Source: an uncultured virus (IMG/VR IMGVR_UViG_3300009152_000002)
Lineage: Duplodnaviria > Heunggongvirae > Uroviricota > Caudoviricetes
Reading direction: 5' to 3' (one strand)
Length of the DNA stretch: 64,000 nt
Virus record (IMG/VR): IMGVR_UViG_3300009152_000002
Numbering within the stretch: position 1 is the stretch's first letter; the number at the start of each line of letters is the position of its first letter. A program made the translations under genes and the position numbers. Under the pieces are notes generated by a model. That model was not told the DNA's origin. It did not search any database and worked only from the letters and a program-made list of their open reading frames with translations. Shown in pieces: positions 35,897 to 46,246 of this stretch.

Positions 35897-38524
35897 GTGA
35901 CAACCGCAGCACCAGAGCCTAATCCACCTCAAAAACACCTTACTCCAGGGCAGATCAACCTGGACCTGCTGCCGGTTGACTTTCCCCTAACTCCCTTGCG
36001 CGGGAAGAAAGCGTACCTCCCCGGTTGGACCTCGGATCCGAAAACCGTAGCAGAAATTCGGAAGGAATTGGATGAAGGTCGGGCCACGGGCGTCGGTCTT
36101 CTTTGCGGTCAGTGGAGCAACGAGCTTGCCCTGATCATGGTTGACATAGATGGCGAGGAGGCGATCCCCGCTATCGAAGCCATGGGTGGCGGTCCAATTG
36201 ATTCGATTTTCCCTCCCACCCTCACCATCGGCAGCGGAAAGCCTGGTCGGTTCCGGATGGTATTCCGGGTTCCGCCAAGCAAGGTTCAATTGTTGCCGGA
36301 TAAGGCGACTTTAAAAGTTGATAAGGCTCCATGGGAGATCCTCTGGCGCAGTCGAATGGGGGTATTGATGGGTGCCCACCCCGAAACAGACGGGTACTTC
36401 ACCACACCTCATGGCGGTTTTGAGTGGTGCAAAAACCTGCCCGAGATGCCGGATTGGTTGTACGAGCAGATCTTTAAGGCTTATCCCTCCAGTCGGTACC
36501 GCAAACGGAACTCTGCTACACCTGGGATTTTTGTTGCCCAGAGCATCAACCTAAACTATGAAGAGGACAGTGAGTTCCAAAAGGAATCCATCCTTGAAGA
36601 AGCTAGGGAGTATCTCGTCACGCTGAACCCTGAGCGGGCCGATGATTATGAAGAGTGGGTTGCCGTTGGGATGGCCCTCCACCAGATTGATGATCTGCTC
36701 CTCAATGATTGGATTGAGTGGTCTGCCCAATCTTCTCACTTTGAAGATGGCTGTTGTGAGGAGAAATGGGGCAGTTTTGAACGTCTGCCAGGTGGTCACT
36801 CCCCAGAGGGCGCAAGGGGTCTGAAGACTTTACGAGCCAAGGCCAAGGAGGATGGTTACGTCAGTCTTGGTGGGTTTGAGGTTCCTAATCTGGAGGTTAT
36901 ACAGAAGCGAGTTGCAGCTGAGATGGCTGAGATGGGAATTGAAATGCCTCTAGGACCGCAGAATTTATTTGGTAATCGGCGTCTGGCAGAGAAGTTTGGC
37001 TACGGCGAGGACGGTGAAGATGATGACGATGAGGATAGTGGCGACGGTAGTTGCTTCATGGGCCGCAAAAAGGGCTCGCGCAACCCGCCCTCCTCTGAGA
37101 TCGCCAACTTCATCATGCCCATGTTCATGAAGCTGGGCTGGCGGTACGACGCCAAGTTCGATGTCTTCATGCAGTACGACAAGCACCGTGGTGTCTGGAA
37201 TAAACAAGACCACAGCAAGGATTTCAAGCAACAGGTGCAGTTCCAGCTGGAAAATTTGAACCTTCCTAACGGGTACAGCACTAACTTGATTGCGGATGTC
37301 ACCTCACTGATGGAGGGGCACATCGCTCACTACGATTGGTGCAACGATCCGACGCGTCTCGCGTTCCAAAACGGTGTCCTGGAGCTGGATACCGATGAGT
37401 TTGTGGAGCACAGCCCCGATAATTACATTACCTGGGGGCTAGATTTTAAATATGATCCTACTGCTGATCCCGGTCCTATTACTGAGTGGTTGTTCCGTAC
37501 CCAGTATGGAGATGAGGCTCGGGTGCAGGTTCTGCGGGCCTGGCTTCGTTCCTGTCTCGTCGGTAAGGGCAACGAAATCCAGCGATTCCTTGAGGTTATC
37601 GGTCCTGGTGGACGAGGAAAATCTACCTTTGCCAACTTATGTTCCGCGCTTGTTGGTTGCGGTAACTTTTCCAGCACCACTCTCAACCAGTTGGAGCAGA
37701 GCAGATTTGAGCTTTCCTCGATCAAGGGGAAGCGCCTTACGCTGATCAATGACTCTGAACGATACGGTGGTTCTGCTCAGACCTTTAAGGCACTGACAGG
37801 TGGTGACTCCCTCCGTTATGAGGAGAAGCTAAAGAGTATTGGTGAGCCGTTTGTTTATACCGGCATGGTTATGGTGGTTGCCAACGAACCGATCCAGACC
37901 ACGGATAACACGTCCGGTTTGAGCCGTCGTCGCCTCACAATTGAGTTTAATAGGTCCTTATATAACAAGAGTAGTGAAGCCAAAGACATGATCAAGATCG
38001 ACAAAGGTCACATCAGTGGTCTTTGGAAGGATTATTTACCTGGGTTAGTGAACTGGGTTCTGGCTATGTCGGAGCAGGATATGCGCCGTTACCTCCTAGA
38101 CACGCAGGAATTGGTTCCGTCGCTGCGGAAGGTGCGGAACAATATTCTTCTCAATAGTAACAACCTTATTGAGTGGCTTCAATCGGAATGTGTATACGAT
38201 GAGAAACATGTTTCGGCAGTTGGCAAGAAGATTCCAGCGCCACGGGAGCAGAATGGTGGTCCGACCGAGCGTTACTGCAACAGCCACAGCCATTTGTATC
38301 CCAGCTACTGTTCCTTTGCGGAGGATACTGGCTCCAAGGCGGTCGGGCAGAAGCGCTTTATTAACTTGTTGATGGACTGCTGCCGCAACCAGTTGGGCAT
38401 GGATACCGTTTCCACCTTTAGCAAGTACGGTAGACCTTTCTTCAAGGGGATCGCAATTCGCGGCTCGGATCAAAAGTTCAAGAGTTATCCTACGATCTTA
38501 GCTGAGGGTAAGGAAGAGGAGTAG
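35897..38524 (+). CDS. Primase-helicase (PrimPol + PriCT-2 + D5-like SF3 helicase)
   Basis: VDIDG; YEEWVAVGMALH...WIEWS; Walker A GPGGRGKST; KALTGGD. Confidence 0.9.
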   Translation: MTTAAPEPNPPQKHLTPGQINLDLLPVDFPLTPLRGKKAYLPGWTSDPKTVAEIRKELDEGRATGVGLLCGQWSNELALIMVDIDGEEAIPAIEAMGGGPIDSIFPPTLTIGSGKPGRFRMVFRVPPSKVQLLPDKATLKVDKAPWEILWRSRMGVLMGAHPETDGYFTTPHGGFEWCKNLPEMPDWLYEQIFKAYPSSRYRKRNSATPGIFVAQSINLNYEEDSEFQKESILEEAREYLVTLNPERADDYEEWVAVGMALHQIDDLLLNDWIEWSAQSSHFEDGCCEEKWGSFERLPGGHSPEGARGLKTLRAKAKEDGYVSLGGFEVPNLEVIQKRVAAEMAEMGIEMPLGPQNLFGNRRLAEKFGYGEDGEDDDDEDSGDGSCFMGRKKGSRNPPSSEIANFIMPMFMKLGWRYDAKFDVFMQYDKHRGVWNKQDHSKDFKQQVQFQLENLNLPNGYSTNLIADVTSLMEGHIAHYDWCNDPTRLAFQNGVLELDTDEFVEHSPDNYITWGLDFKYDPTADPGPITEWLFRTQYGDEARVQVLRAWLRSCLVGKGNEIQRFLEVIGPGGRGKSTFANLCSALVGCGNFSSTTLNQLEQSRFELSSIKGKRLTLINDSERYGGSAQTFKALTGGDSLRYEEKLKSIGEPFVYTGMVMVVANEPIQTTDNTSGLSRRRLTIEFNRSLYNKSSEAKDMIKIDKGHISGLWKDYLPGLVNWVLAMSEQDMRRYLLDTQELVPSLRKVRNNILLNSNNLIEWLQSECVYDEKHVSAVGKKIPAPREQNGGPTERYCNSHSHLYPSYCSFAEDTGSKAVGQKRFINLLMDCCRNQLGMDTVSTFSKYGRPFFKGIAIRGSDQKFKSYPTILAEGKEEE

Positions 38525-38571
38525 AATTTAGATTCCACTGTGTCTTCCCACGTGGTATGGATGAAAGAGAT

Positions 38572-38614
38572 CCCCTAGTCCCCTTCCGCTAGGGGGTTTC
38601 TTTTTATTAAAAAT
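38572..38614. terminator. Terminator-like hairpin, repeated at 39156-39199
   Basis: CCCCTAG...CTAGGGG followed by TTTCTTTTT. Confidence 0.65.
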
Positions 38615-39126
38615 TACCAACAATACGTCTGTAGTGCTTGCACTTCTGCTTGAACCCCAGGGCAGCGGTCGGCTTTTATTTTTGTATCGTAAAGCAAGTG
38701 CCCTGTTGTTTTCCAAATACCAGCTCGTACCGCATCATAAATAACCATTGAAGTTGCTTCTTTTCTGTCGGAAGCATTATAAGAGGATCCGCAAGGGATT
38801 ATTTCCAGGGGGCAATCAAAGTAGCAGATTTTTGCAATAACCATTGAACGCCGCATGTGGAATTCATCGGTCACTACATAAAGTTTTTGGGGTTGAAAAG
38901 AATTAACTTTAGCTTTTGTTTCCGTAAAATTTGTTACGGTATCCCAAGCGGTAAAGTCCACTTCAATACGCTCTTGAGCAATACCTTTTTCTTTGTAGAT
39001 ATCTAATGTTTGTTTAATGGGCCCTTCTGTGCTGATAATGATCTGGGTAAGCGGAAAACGTGTAGCAACCTCTGCTGCTTTGTAGGCACGATTTATATTG
39101 CCGCCTAGATGTAAAACAATATCCAT
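38614..39126 (-). CDS. YdcF/DUF218-like protein
   Basis: LHLGG, AWDTVTNF, VVTDEFHMRRS. Confidence 0.75.
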   Translation of the reverse strand: MDIVLHLGGNINRAYKAAEVATRFPLTQIIISTEGPIKQTLDIYKEKGIAQERIEVDFTAWDTVTNFTETKAKVNSFQPQKLYVVTDEFHMRRSMVIAKICYFDCPLEIIPCGSSYNASDRKEATSMVIYDAVRAGIWKTTGHLLYDTKIKADRCPGVQAEVQALQTYCW

Positions 39127-39249
39127 GGTTGCTTGTTGTTTTATTTATTAGTTTACCCCTAACCCCCTTCAGTTGGGGGTTTCTTTTTGTTGAAAAATTG
39201 CAGCACACGCCCAACAGCGTAAAGCGTTACCAGAACCACAACGGCGCGT

Positions 39250-39663
39250 TTATATCCCACTGTTCTTTGGGCAGTCCGCAACCCACGGGGCGCACAGCCG
39301 CATCTCACCACCCAGGGATTTACAGTCGTCAGTGTAGCAAACTGATGTGTCGACTGGTTTTTCTGTGTAAATTGGCTTGGGTAATTTAACTTTTCCGTCG
39401 TATCCTATTTGTTGATTGTAATTATCTAATGCTTTGTCAACCGTTGTTGTGACAAGAAAATTTAAAAGTCTCTCATCCCCTCTAAATTTTTTATTTAGTT
39501 CCTCGTTATAGTATTTAGGGTTAAGTTGTTCTTGAAGTTGTATGTATAGTTTCCAGAGGTTGTCTTTGTTTACTTTTAGGTATAAGGAAAGAAGGCTAAT
39601 TGCACAGGCAATTAATACTGCTATAACGGAACTTTTGTTTATTCCGAATAGGTTTAGTTTCAT
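39250..39663 (-). CDS. Hypothetical membrane-anchored protein
   Basis: N-terminal TM helix; C-terminal CYTDDCKSLGGEMRLCAPW. Confidence 0.6.
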   Translation of the reverse strand: MKLNLFGINKSSVIAVLIACAISLLSLYLKVNKDNLWKLYIQLQEQLNPKYYNEELNKKFRGDERLLNFLVTTTVDKALDNYNQQIGYDGKVKLPKPIYTEKPVDTSVCYTDDCKSLGGEMRLCAPWVADCPKNSGI

Positions 39664-39731
39664 TAGCTGGTTTTCTTTGGTGCCCCTAGGACATGAAACA
39701 CCTTGGTTGTTGTGGATTTAAAACTTGACCA

Positions 39732-41654
39732 TTAAACTGTATATACATATCTAAGATTTCTAATAATTACGGTACCCAGACTATTGAAGGTATAAACACC
39801 TACAAAACCGCCTTTAAGATTCGGTTCTAACAACGTTAAAGTTGAACCAATCTGTGTATTATTAACATAGACTTTTAATGTCCCATTAAAGGTTTCAAAT
39901 TTATATGTATTTGCCACGCCAATACGATTTACAGCATCAAAACCTGTAGCTCTTGAAAATACTGGCGTAAATTCGTAACAAGTCAAGTACCCTGACGCAT
40001 CCAAACCGACTGCTATATGTGCTTGTGGATTGGAATCATTAGAATTAATTTGTAATGAACTTGTACGGCTACCACGTAAAGCAAGAAATTGACCACCATA
40101 TAACGCGGAGTCAAACTCTACTACGTGCTCTTCAAATAATCCACGGGCTGGTAATTCATCAAATAAAATAACAGAACTATCAGAAGCTGATTGAGTTTGA
40201 ATGACTATTTCGTCTAACATTTGAACTTTTCTAGTAAGAGTGGGAAGAACTCCAGTGCTGCTACCAGTACCCTTAAAAGATTTTGGACGAATTGATTCCC
40301 GTACCCGAAGATAATTAACTCCTAATTTGCCAGCTCCGGCATTTGTACACTCAACATAGTGCAACCCTGGACCTATATTGCGGGCAATACATACTTCATA
40401 ATCTTGTGAAAAAGTGCTTGTATATGCAATGTTTTGATACCAACTTAATGTACCTGCTGAAACAAAATCAACTGTAATAGCACCCAATGTTGTTCCCTGA
40501 TCCCAAAGCATTTGAGCTATGTACAAATCGCAACCGGCTTCGGGAACAAAAACTGCTAAACGAATAGTTTGCGTACCAGATGAATCAGTCCAACGTGCCC
40601 CACCTACGCGACTTTGCGGTTGCTGAATTGCTTTACTACCGTTTGTTCCGCTGCTTTCAAATTGCGGAAGAAAAGCAGGCAAAAAACCTTCAATGTCAGG
40701 CAGGCACTGATTACCGATAAATGGAAGGGCTAAATTATTCCCCATTTGCTTATAAAGGGCTTCCGCAGGATGCTCGCCATCCGGCATAAGTACATTGGCT
40801 TTTACATCTCCTGAACGTAAATACCTTGTAACTAAATCATATTGATCTACATTTGGCACGTTATATTCAGTGGCAACCTGTTTCATTACCACAACAAAAC
40901 TACGAATTTTTTCTGCATTGGCATCAAAAACCGCGTTTCCTAAAACCAACATTGGTGCCGGAGTAACTATTACTGGGCTCTTGCCATATTTTCGGCAAAT
41001 TTCAATAATTTTAATCCAATTTTTTTTAAAAGCAATGGCAGTGCGTCCTACGTTTACGTCATTAATACAATGGTTGCAGTAGACAACAGAAGATGTAGTT
41101 GCAGCAATGCGAGCTTCAAATGTTTGGCCACTACCGTCCGTACCATCTAACATCTGTTGGGTATCGGTACCAGAGATAGCGCGATTTGTTACGGTAGCTG
41201 CGCTATTTGCATAATAAGCGCGTAAAAGAAATTGTAAACGTGACGGTTGAGTGGTTGGTGACTGAATTCCCGTTCCACCATTATCACCCCACATGGTAGA
41301 GTCGCCAAAACAATCAACCCCAACTGCTGTACCATCGTATAGCAATTTAGCATAATAACCAATGTAATCAGTTTCTCCTGGCGTGCTGTAATTTGTTTGA
41401 AGTCGTTCGACACCGGTAAGATCTGTTGTGTAGACTGTTGCCTTAGGGATTAATTTTGGTGCGTAGCCTCCTGCTGCCTTCATTGCAGTAACTGCCGCTG
41501 TTGCATCAGTTACTCCATCAACTACCGCCCCAAAATCCTTAACGGAAACAATATCCCCTAGCTTCGAATCAACTGTCCTAGCAGCAGCACCCGTACCACT
41601 TGCTGTGTACGTAACCTTAGTGTTATCTACGAGCTGAGCTTTAGTTTGACTCAT
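39732..41654 (-). CDS. Tail fibre/spike with an SGNH hydrolase domain
   Basis: VSVKDFGA anchor; FGDS...G...IND...DGEHP. Confidence 0.8.
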   Translation of the reverse strand: MSQTKAQLVDNTKVTYTASGTGAAARTVDSKLGDIVSVKDFGAVVDGVTDATAAVTAMKAAGGYAPKLIPKATVYTTDLTGVERLQTNYSTPGETDYIGYYAKLLYDGTAVGVDCFGDSTMWGDNGGTGIQSPTTQPSRLQFLLRAYYANSAATVTNRAISGTDTQQMLDGTDGSGQTFEARIAATTSSVVYCNHCINDVNVGRTAIAFKKNWIKIIEICRKYGKSPVIVTPAPMLVLGNAVFDANAEKIRSFVVVMKQVATEYNVPNVDQYDLVTRYLRSGDVKANVLMPDGEHPAEALYKQMGNNLALPFIGNQCLPDIEGFLPAFLPQFESSGTNGSKAIQQPQSRVGGARWTDSSGTQTIRLAVFVPEAGCDLYIAQMLWDQGTTLGAITVDFVSAGTLSWYQNIAYTSTFSQDYEVCIARNIGPGLHYVECTNAGAGKLGVNYLRVRESIRPKSFKGTGSSTGVLPTLTRKVQMLDEIVIQTQSASDSSVILFDELPARGLFEEHVVEFDSALYGGQFLALRGSRTSSLQINSNDSNPQAHIAVGLDASGYLTCYEFTPVFSRATGFDAVNRIGVANTYKFETFNGTLKVYVNNTQIGSTLTLLEPNLKGGFVGVYTFNSLGTVIIRNLRYVYTV

Positions 41655-41826
41655 TGATTTTCCTTCTTGTCCTCTATTCTACAATTACACTCACTGCACC
41701 GCTTTACCCAAGTTTTATCACCAGGAATCGGCTCCATGCCCACTTCCCAGTCATCATATGAAGTTTCATTACGAAGCCAACGGGCAGCTTCTTCAAGGTA
41801 CCGTTTGATCAGTTGTGTCGGCATGC

Positions 41827-42309
41827 TCAGACTGGCTTGAGGAATCCAGGTAGTTCCTGACCACCGGGGTTGACCATTTTACGCTGCTGGAGACGACGCA
41901 GCATCTCTGGAGTAGCGTTAGGAATTCCAGTATAGTCCTGCTGTCCAGGGATGTACGGCTTGTTCATATCAAAACTTGGAGAGGCCGCAATCGCCGCTGG
42001 ACTTTGGTACTGGTAGCCAAAGCCTTGCCCTGGGAAATCAGATCCAGCAGCAAACGCGCCGCCAGATCCTGTGCTAAAGCCAGGAATGTCGGTGCCGGAC
42101 TGGGAATAATCTTGGCTAGCAGCAGAAAACTCTTTCCATTTCTGTGCTTTATCGATAGCATTTGTCAGTTTATCGCGGTCGTACCGAATTTCCATGGTTC
42201 GGATAGGTTCGTAACGACCTGAACCACTTACTGTTCCTTGGCGTTGAAAAAACTCACCGCTAGCTGGATCACGATAAGAAGTGCTTTCTGGTACAGCTCG
42301 GAAGGTCAT
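41827..42309 (-). CDS. Hypothetical protein
   Basis: 160-aa ORF. Confidence 0.6.
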   Translation of the reverse strand: MTFRAVPESTSYRDPASGEFFQRQGTVSGSGRYEPIRTMEIRYDRDKLTNAIDKAQKWKEFSAASQDYSQSGTDIPGFSTGSGGAFAAGSDFPGQGFGYQYQSPAAIAASPSFDMNKPYIPGQQDYTGIPNATPEMLRRLQQRKMVNPGGQELPGFLKPV

Positions 42310-43268
42310 CAGCGGATGCCTTGCATGTAATCAATTCCCATTGCACCGCCCGTATTCTTCAGTGCTTGGCCCCAGGGGGAGGCCATTACTTTACTTAGCC
42401 AATCTCCACCGAGTGTTGGAAGCTGCGGCATCCCTGTAGCACCTGCAGTTTTCTGAGCTGCTTGACGTTGCGCTTCATCATAAGGAGCGCTGACTGCCCT
42501 ACCTTGTTCCATGGGAGGAGCAGGCACAGAGTTAGCTGGGGTGCCAAAGTCGGGAGGATTTGTAACGGGTGAAGGGCTTCCTTCAGACGGGTAGAACTTA
42601 CCGCCACTGATAGCAGCACGAATTACTTCGTCGCTGGGACCGGTGCCGCCGTACGCTGCTGCCGCTTGATCGGCACTGAACTTCTTGGCGTACTCGCGCT
42701 GAGCAAGCATCGGATTTGCTGCAGCCCACTTCGCCATATCTCCTTTGTAACCCATTTGGTCAATAATGGATCCCATATCACGACGACCGACTTGACTCTC
42801 AGCTGAGTAAAAATCTTTCAGGCTGGCAGGACCTTTAGCGCCGGTAGGGGTGAAGCTGACGGGCAAGCTGGTCTGCATTGCTAACTGTTCGACGCCAGCA
42901 GGACCACCGAATTGTGACTTCAGACGGTTGTACTCGTCATCGGCGTGCTGGAAGGTTGTGTTGGGGCTAGTGGTCCGAACAGTGTGCTGGAAGGTTGTGT
43001 TGGGGCTAGTGGTCCGAACAGTGCCGCCTGCTCCAGCAAAAAGGTTTTTGGTATCAAACCCAGGAGTAATTGCTTGTCCACCAAAAGCAGGCATAGAGGG
43101 AATTCCTTCAGCTGCACCAAGATTCTGGTCCAGGTTCTGGAGGGCCCACTTAATTCCTTTTTGTGTTTGTTGCGAAGGTTGTACTGGCGCCGCACCCCTG
43201 AAGCTGAAAGGATTGGCTCTCAGTCCCGACGATACAAGACCTGAGAGCGTGGGATCAAAGGCAGGCAC
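42309..43268 (-). CDS. Low-complexity, probably internal virion protein
   Basis: 319 aa; WAAANPMLA motif; internal duplication. Confidence 0.6.
   Translation of the reverse strand: MPAFDPTLSGLVSSGLRANPFSFRGAAPVQPSQQTQKGIKWALQNLDQNLGAAEGIPSMPAFGGQAITPGFDTKNLFAGAGGTVRTTSPNTTFQHTVRTTSPNTTFQHADDEYNRLKSQFGGPAGVEQLAMQTSLPVSFTPTGAKGPASLKDFYSAESQVGRRDMGSIIDQMGYKGDMAKWAAANPMLAQREYAKKFSADQAAAAYGGTGPSDEVIRAAISGGKFYPSEGSPSPVTNPPDFGTPANSVPAPPMEQGRAVSAPYDEAQRQAAQKTAGATGMPQLPTLGGDWLSKVMASPWGQALKNTGGAMGIDYMQGIR
42945..43022. repeat. Perfect 39-bp tandem duplication
   Basis: Encodes TVRTTSPNTTFQH twice. Confidence 0.9.
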
Positions 43269-43325
43269 GATTACTTACAACAATTTCGTTACTACTATAC
43301 TAATACGAGTCAACAAAAGACTGAC

Positions 43326-43514
43326 ATGGAAGTAATGCAAACTTTTTTGAACGGAACTGTTATCGAGTTCGGGGACGATTTACACGGAAATCAAGTACAT
43401 CGTGTGTCACATCCCGCCAGTACAGCCTACCGTTACGTCGAACCGTATACCTGTGCGCTCGTTTATGCTGAACAATATGAAAAACAGTACGGCAAGATAG
43501 AGGTTTGGCGTTAG
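43326..43514 (+). CDS. Hypothetical protein
   Basis: 62-aa ORF. Confidence 0.5.
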   Translation: MEVMQTFLNGTVIEFGDDLHGNQVHRVSHPASTAYRYVEPYTCALVYAEQYEKQYGKIEVWR

Positions 43515-43544
43515 TTTTTAGGTAGGGGGCTTATTGAGAGGGCA

Positions 43545-43785
43545 TGAGAATGGTTGCAGCGCAATGGATTTGATTTAACGTACGCTTTATAGTTTTTAAA
43601 GCCGGTAAACTCCTGGTGATGTAAGAGGGGGTTAATTCCTGTACATATAATTCGTATGTAAAAAATTTATGTACGGATTTTACTTATAGAAATTAACCCC
43701 TTTTTCTTTCTATAAGAATTTATAGGCTTCAAAATCACTAAACCGTACTTCAAACCCAAAACCCTTGACACCGCACCGGATCTCA
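43545..43785. repeat. Long imperfect inverted repeat, candidate replication origin
   Basis: Arms of ~100 bp (TGAGA...GTACG...GGGGTTAATT / AATTAACCCC...CGTAC...TCTCA) around an AT-rich centre. Confidence 0.7.
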
Positions 43786-43820
43786 GCTACCCTTTAAGCG
43801 CAACGAGGCTTTCCCCTAAC

Positions 43821-44318
43821 TTGGAACGCACCCAGGAGTTGTTTAACGAGCACTACCTCACCAAGAAAGATCTGCTGCACTTTCTTAATGTTTTGACACG
43901 TTTTGAAAACACCTACGGCCCAAAAGCCTGTTGGGACCTGAAACCTGTACTAAAAAAATTTGTAAACGGCTTTTCTACAAGCCATTCCACCAAGCCGTTG
44001 TTCAAAGGAATCGACGCCAGGGTTTTGATATTGGCGGTTGCGGGTCAGTATGAAGATGAGACCAAGTCGCTAGTGGTGAGACGACACGACTGTACCTCTA
44101 TCCACTGCGTCAACCCAAATCACTATTACTTTGGTACCAAACAAGATGTGTGTTACGAGCGTGGGTGGCGGAAGAAAAGTAAGGTAACGCCAGAACTGGT
44201 CCAAGAGCTGAGGAACAAGCACGATTCTGAAAAGATTTCTTTCACTGCACTAGCAAAGTCCTACAAACTCCCCTACCATGTTGTTCGGAACATCTGCCAG
44301 TACATCAGTTATGTCTGA
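43821..44318 (+). CDS. HNH/His-Cys-type zinc-loop protein with a C-terminal HTH
   Basis: CW...RRHDCTSIHCVNPNHY...FTALAKSYKL. Confidence 0.65.
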   Translation: MERTQELFNEHYLTKKDLLHFLNVLTRFENTYGPKACWDLKPVLKKFVNGFSTSHSTKPLFKGIDARVLILAVAGQYEDETKSLVVRRHDCTSIHCVNPNHYYFGTKQDVCYERGWRKKSKVTPELVQELRNKHDSEKISFTALAKSYKLPYHVVRNICQYISYV

Positions 44319-44835
44319 ACAATTGTTGGATATTTTTTGCCCTTGGCACAAACGCAACCACCCTGGCCATAAAGGTAATTTTGGCTTGATGAGTCAGTGC
44401 TTGGACTGTATGGACGAGATTGAAAAAGGTAGGTGCACTATCGATGTGAAAAACTTTGGGTTTGATGTTTATTGGCAGGTGAAGAAGTTCTGGGACAAAG
44501 TGGACATGAAAGGACAAGGTGAGTGTTGGCATTGGCTTGGCGCCACGAAGAAAAAAGAAACGGAGACACAGGCTTACTTTCCTGCTCCGTTCTTTAGTGG
44601 CAAAACCCAGTCCGCAGCTCGTGTTGCCATGTGGACTTCCCGTGGGTTTACAGGAAAAATGCGGACTTTTCACCAACCGGGATGTTCAATTTTGTGTTGC
44701 AATCCGCTTCACCTAAGGCTCCGGGAGGTAGAATCTATTCCTGTACCATCTAAAGTTGCCACAGTAAATCTGAGTTATGGAAACATTTTTGACCATGCAA
44801 GAGAAAACCGAGACATCATCGAAAGTAAACTCTAA
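44311..44835 (+). CDS. HNH-like zinc-loop protein
   Basis: FWDKVD...ECWHWLG...HQPGCSILCCNPLHL. Confidence 0.65.
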   Translation: MSEQLLDIFCPWHKRNHPGHKGNFGLMSQCLDCMDEIEKGRCTIDVKNFGFDVYWQVKKFWDKVDMKGQGECWHWLGATKKKETETQAYFPAPFFSGKTQSAARVAMWTSRGFTGKMRTFHQPGCSILCCNPLHLRLREVESIPVPSKVATVNLSYGNIFDHARENRDIIESKL

Positions 44836-45139
44836 AATCAGTCAAGTAGTGCCTAGCGGCTGGCACGTAACCAATCCAAAATACGCGGGCCATATTCGCA
44901 TTGGTCCCGAAAATCACTTTACCCCCTGGTTTGACACCAGAAATGAGGCAGAATTGGAGCTTAGGTGCCTTGAAAAGCGGTTAAGCTATGAATTAATTAA
45001 AACTGTAGAAGATGAAGGCTCGTATCCCGAACGTGCTAAACTAATAGAAGAAAAGTATCAAGCTAGCGGCCGCACAAATAGCCTTTATACTGATTTAAAC
45101 ACGGAAGATGTCGACATTCCTAACAGCACTTCCAACTAA
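44777..45139 (+). CDS. Hypothetical protein
   Basis: GRTNSLYTDL motif. Confidence 0.55.
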   Translation: METFLTMQEKTETSSKVNSKISQVVPSGWHVTNPKYAGHIRIGPENHFTPWFDTRNEAELELRCLEKRLSYELIKTVEDEGSYPERAKLIEEKYQASGRTNSLYTDLNTEDVDIPNSTSN

Positions 45140-45944
45140 CCTTGGCTTCTATAACTTAGGAACGGTGCAGGCCTATCCCACTGGGGGTAGCGGGCCCACA
45201 GCGTACGGCGCAAACTCGTATTTTGGCAGTGACCCGCTACCTATACGGGCCACAGATAGTGTAAACACTGCACAGAATCTTGGAGATTTTGCTCCGTTAT
45301 TCAAATCAATACCTTTAGCAGCAACACACGGCGGTAATACCAGGATCCAATCTACATTTTATAAGCTGACGTTACTTCGTCCAAGAAGTATCATCATTAC
45401 CCAGAATTACAGCACCACGTCATACGAACAAAATACAAACCGCAACACAGTTCTTTCCGTTTATAAAGTTGAGGACGGCACGCACAGACGGGAACTACCC
45501 ATCAACTCCGATGGCTACGTTTATTCCGAAACCGGTCTAAGCTACAGCGATTCTGGTGGTGATGACAGTAGCTTCAGCTATGGCGCGGATTATCCTAAAA
45601 CTGCATTAGATGCGGGCGATTACATTGTTTTAATTACGAACGACATTCGTTACCTCGAAACAAATTACTCATTAACACTTACTATTGCCGATCTTGACTG
45701 GCGTTACGACAACGAACCAGCGCAAGACTTCGGTGATTTTGGTACCACCGTCACCACTGAATCACTGTACAGAACTTGGGAAACGGGAGAAATTGCTGGT
45801 GCTGGTTGGGATACTGACCGTTGGTACGATGTTCACACGTTAGACCCCGTTACATCCGACGTTGATTTTGGTTTCATTATTGAGCCAAAGGTTACCACAC
45901 GTACCAGCGGATTGGGTTATACGCGTGCAGGGGTTTCCCCTTAA
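45108..45944 (+). CDS. Putative virion structural protein
   Basis: 278 aa, Thr/Gly/Tyr-rich. Confidence 0.6.
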   Translation: MSTFLTALPTNLGFYNLGTVQAYPTGGSGPTAYGANSYFGSDPLPIRATDSVNTAQNLGDFAPLFKSIPLAATHGGNTRIQSTFYKLTLLRPRSIIITQNYSTTSYEQNTNRNTVLSVYKVEDGTHRRELPINSDGYVYSETGLSYSDSGGDDSSFSYGADYPKTALDAGDYIVLITNDIRYLETNYSLTLTIADLDWRYDNEPAQDFGDFGTTVTTESLYRTWETGEIAGAGWDTDRWYDVHTLDPVTSDVDFGFIIEPKVTTRTSGLGYTRAGVSP

Positions 45945-45985
45945 CCAGATATCTGCTAACCTAACGAAAGTTAATTAGCAGGATT

Positions 45986-46246
45986 ATGAAAGTTGTCACC
46001 CTCCAGCAACTGGAAGAAAACTTTGAATCAATCCTGGATGACGTAGCAGACAACAAAGAACATTACAGGATCCAGCATGAAGGTGGCGATGTCATGCTGA
46101 TTCCTATTGAGAGCTATGACGTTCTCAAGGATGTGTACACCGATTGGGTGGAAGAACCGCAAAATACCCCACCAGTAGAGGGATTTGATCCCCAGCAGCT
46201 ACCCGTGGTGGAATATGTCGCAGAGACGGAACCTAAAAAAGATTAG
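45986..46246 (+). CDS. Phd/YefM antitoxin-like protein
   Basis: MKVVTLQQLEENFESILDDV...YRIQHEGGDVMLIPIESYD. Confidence 0.7.
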   Translation: MKVVTLQQLEENFESILDDVADNKEHYRIQHEGGDVMLIPIESYDVLKDVYTDWVEEPQNTPPVEGFDPQQLPVVEYVAETEPKKD

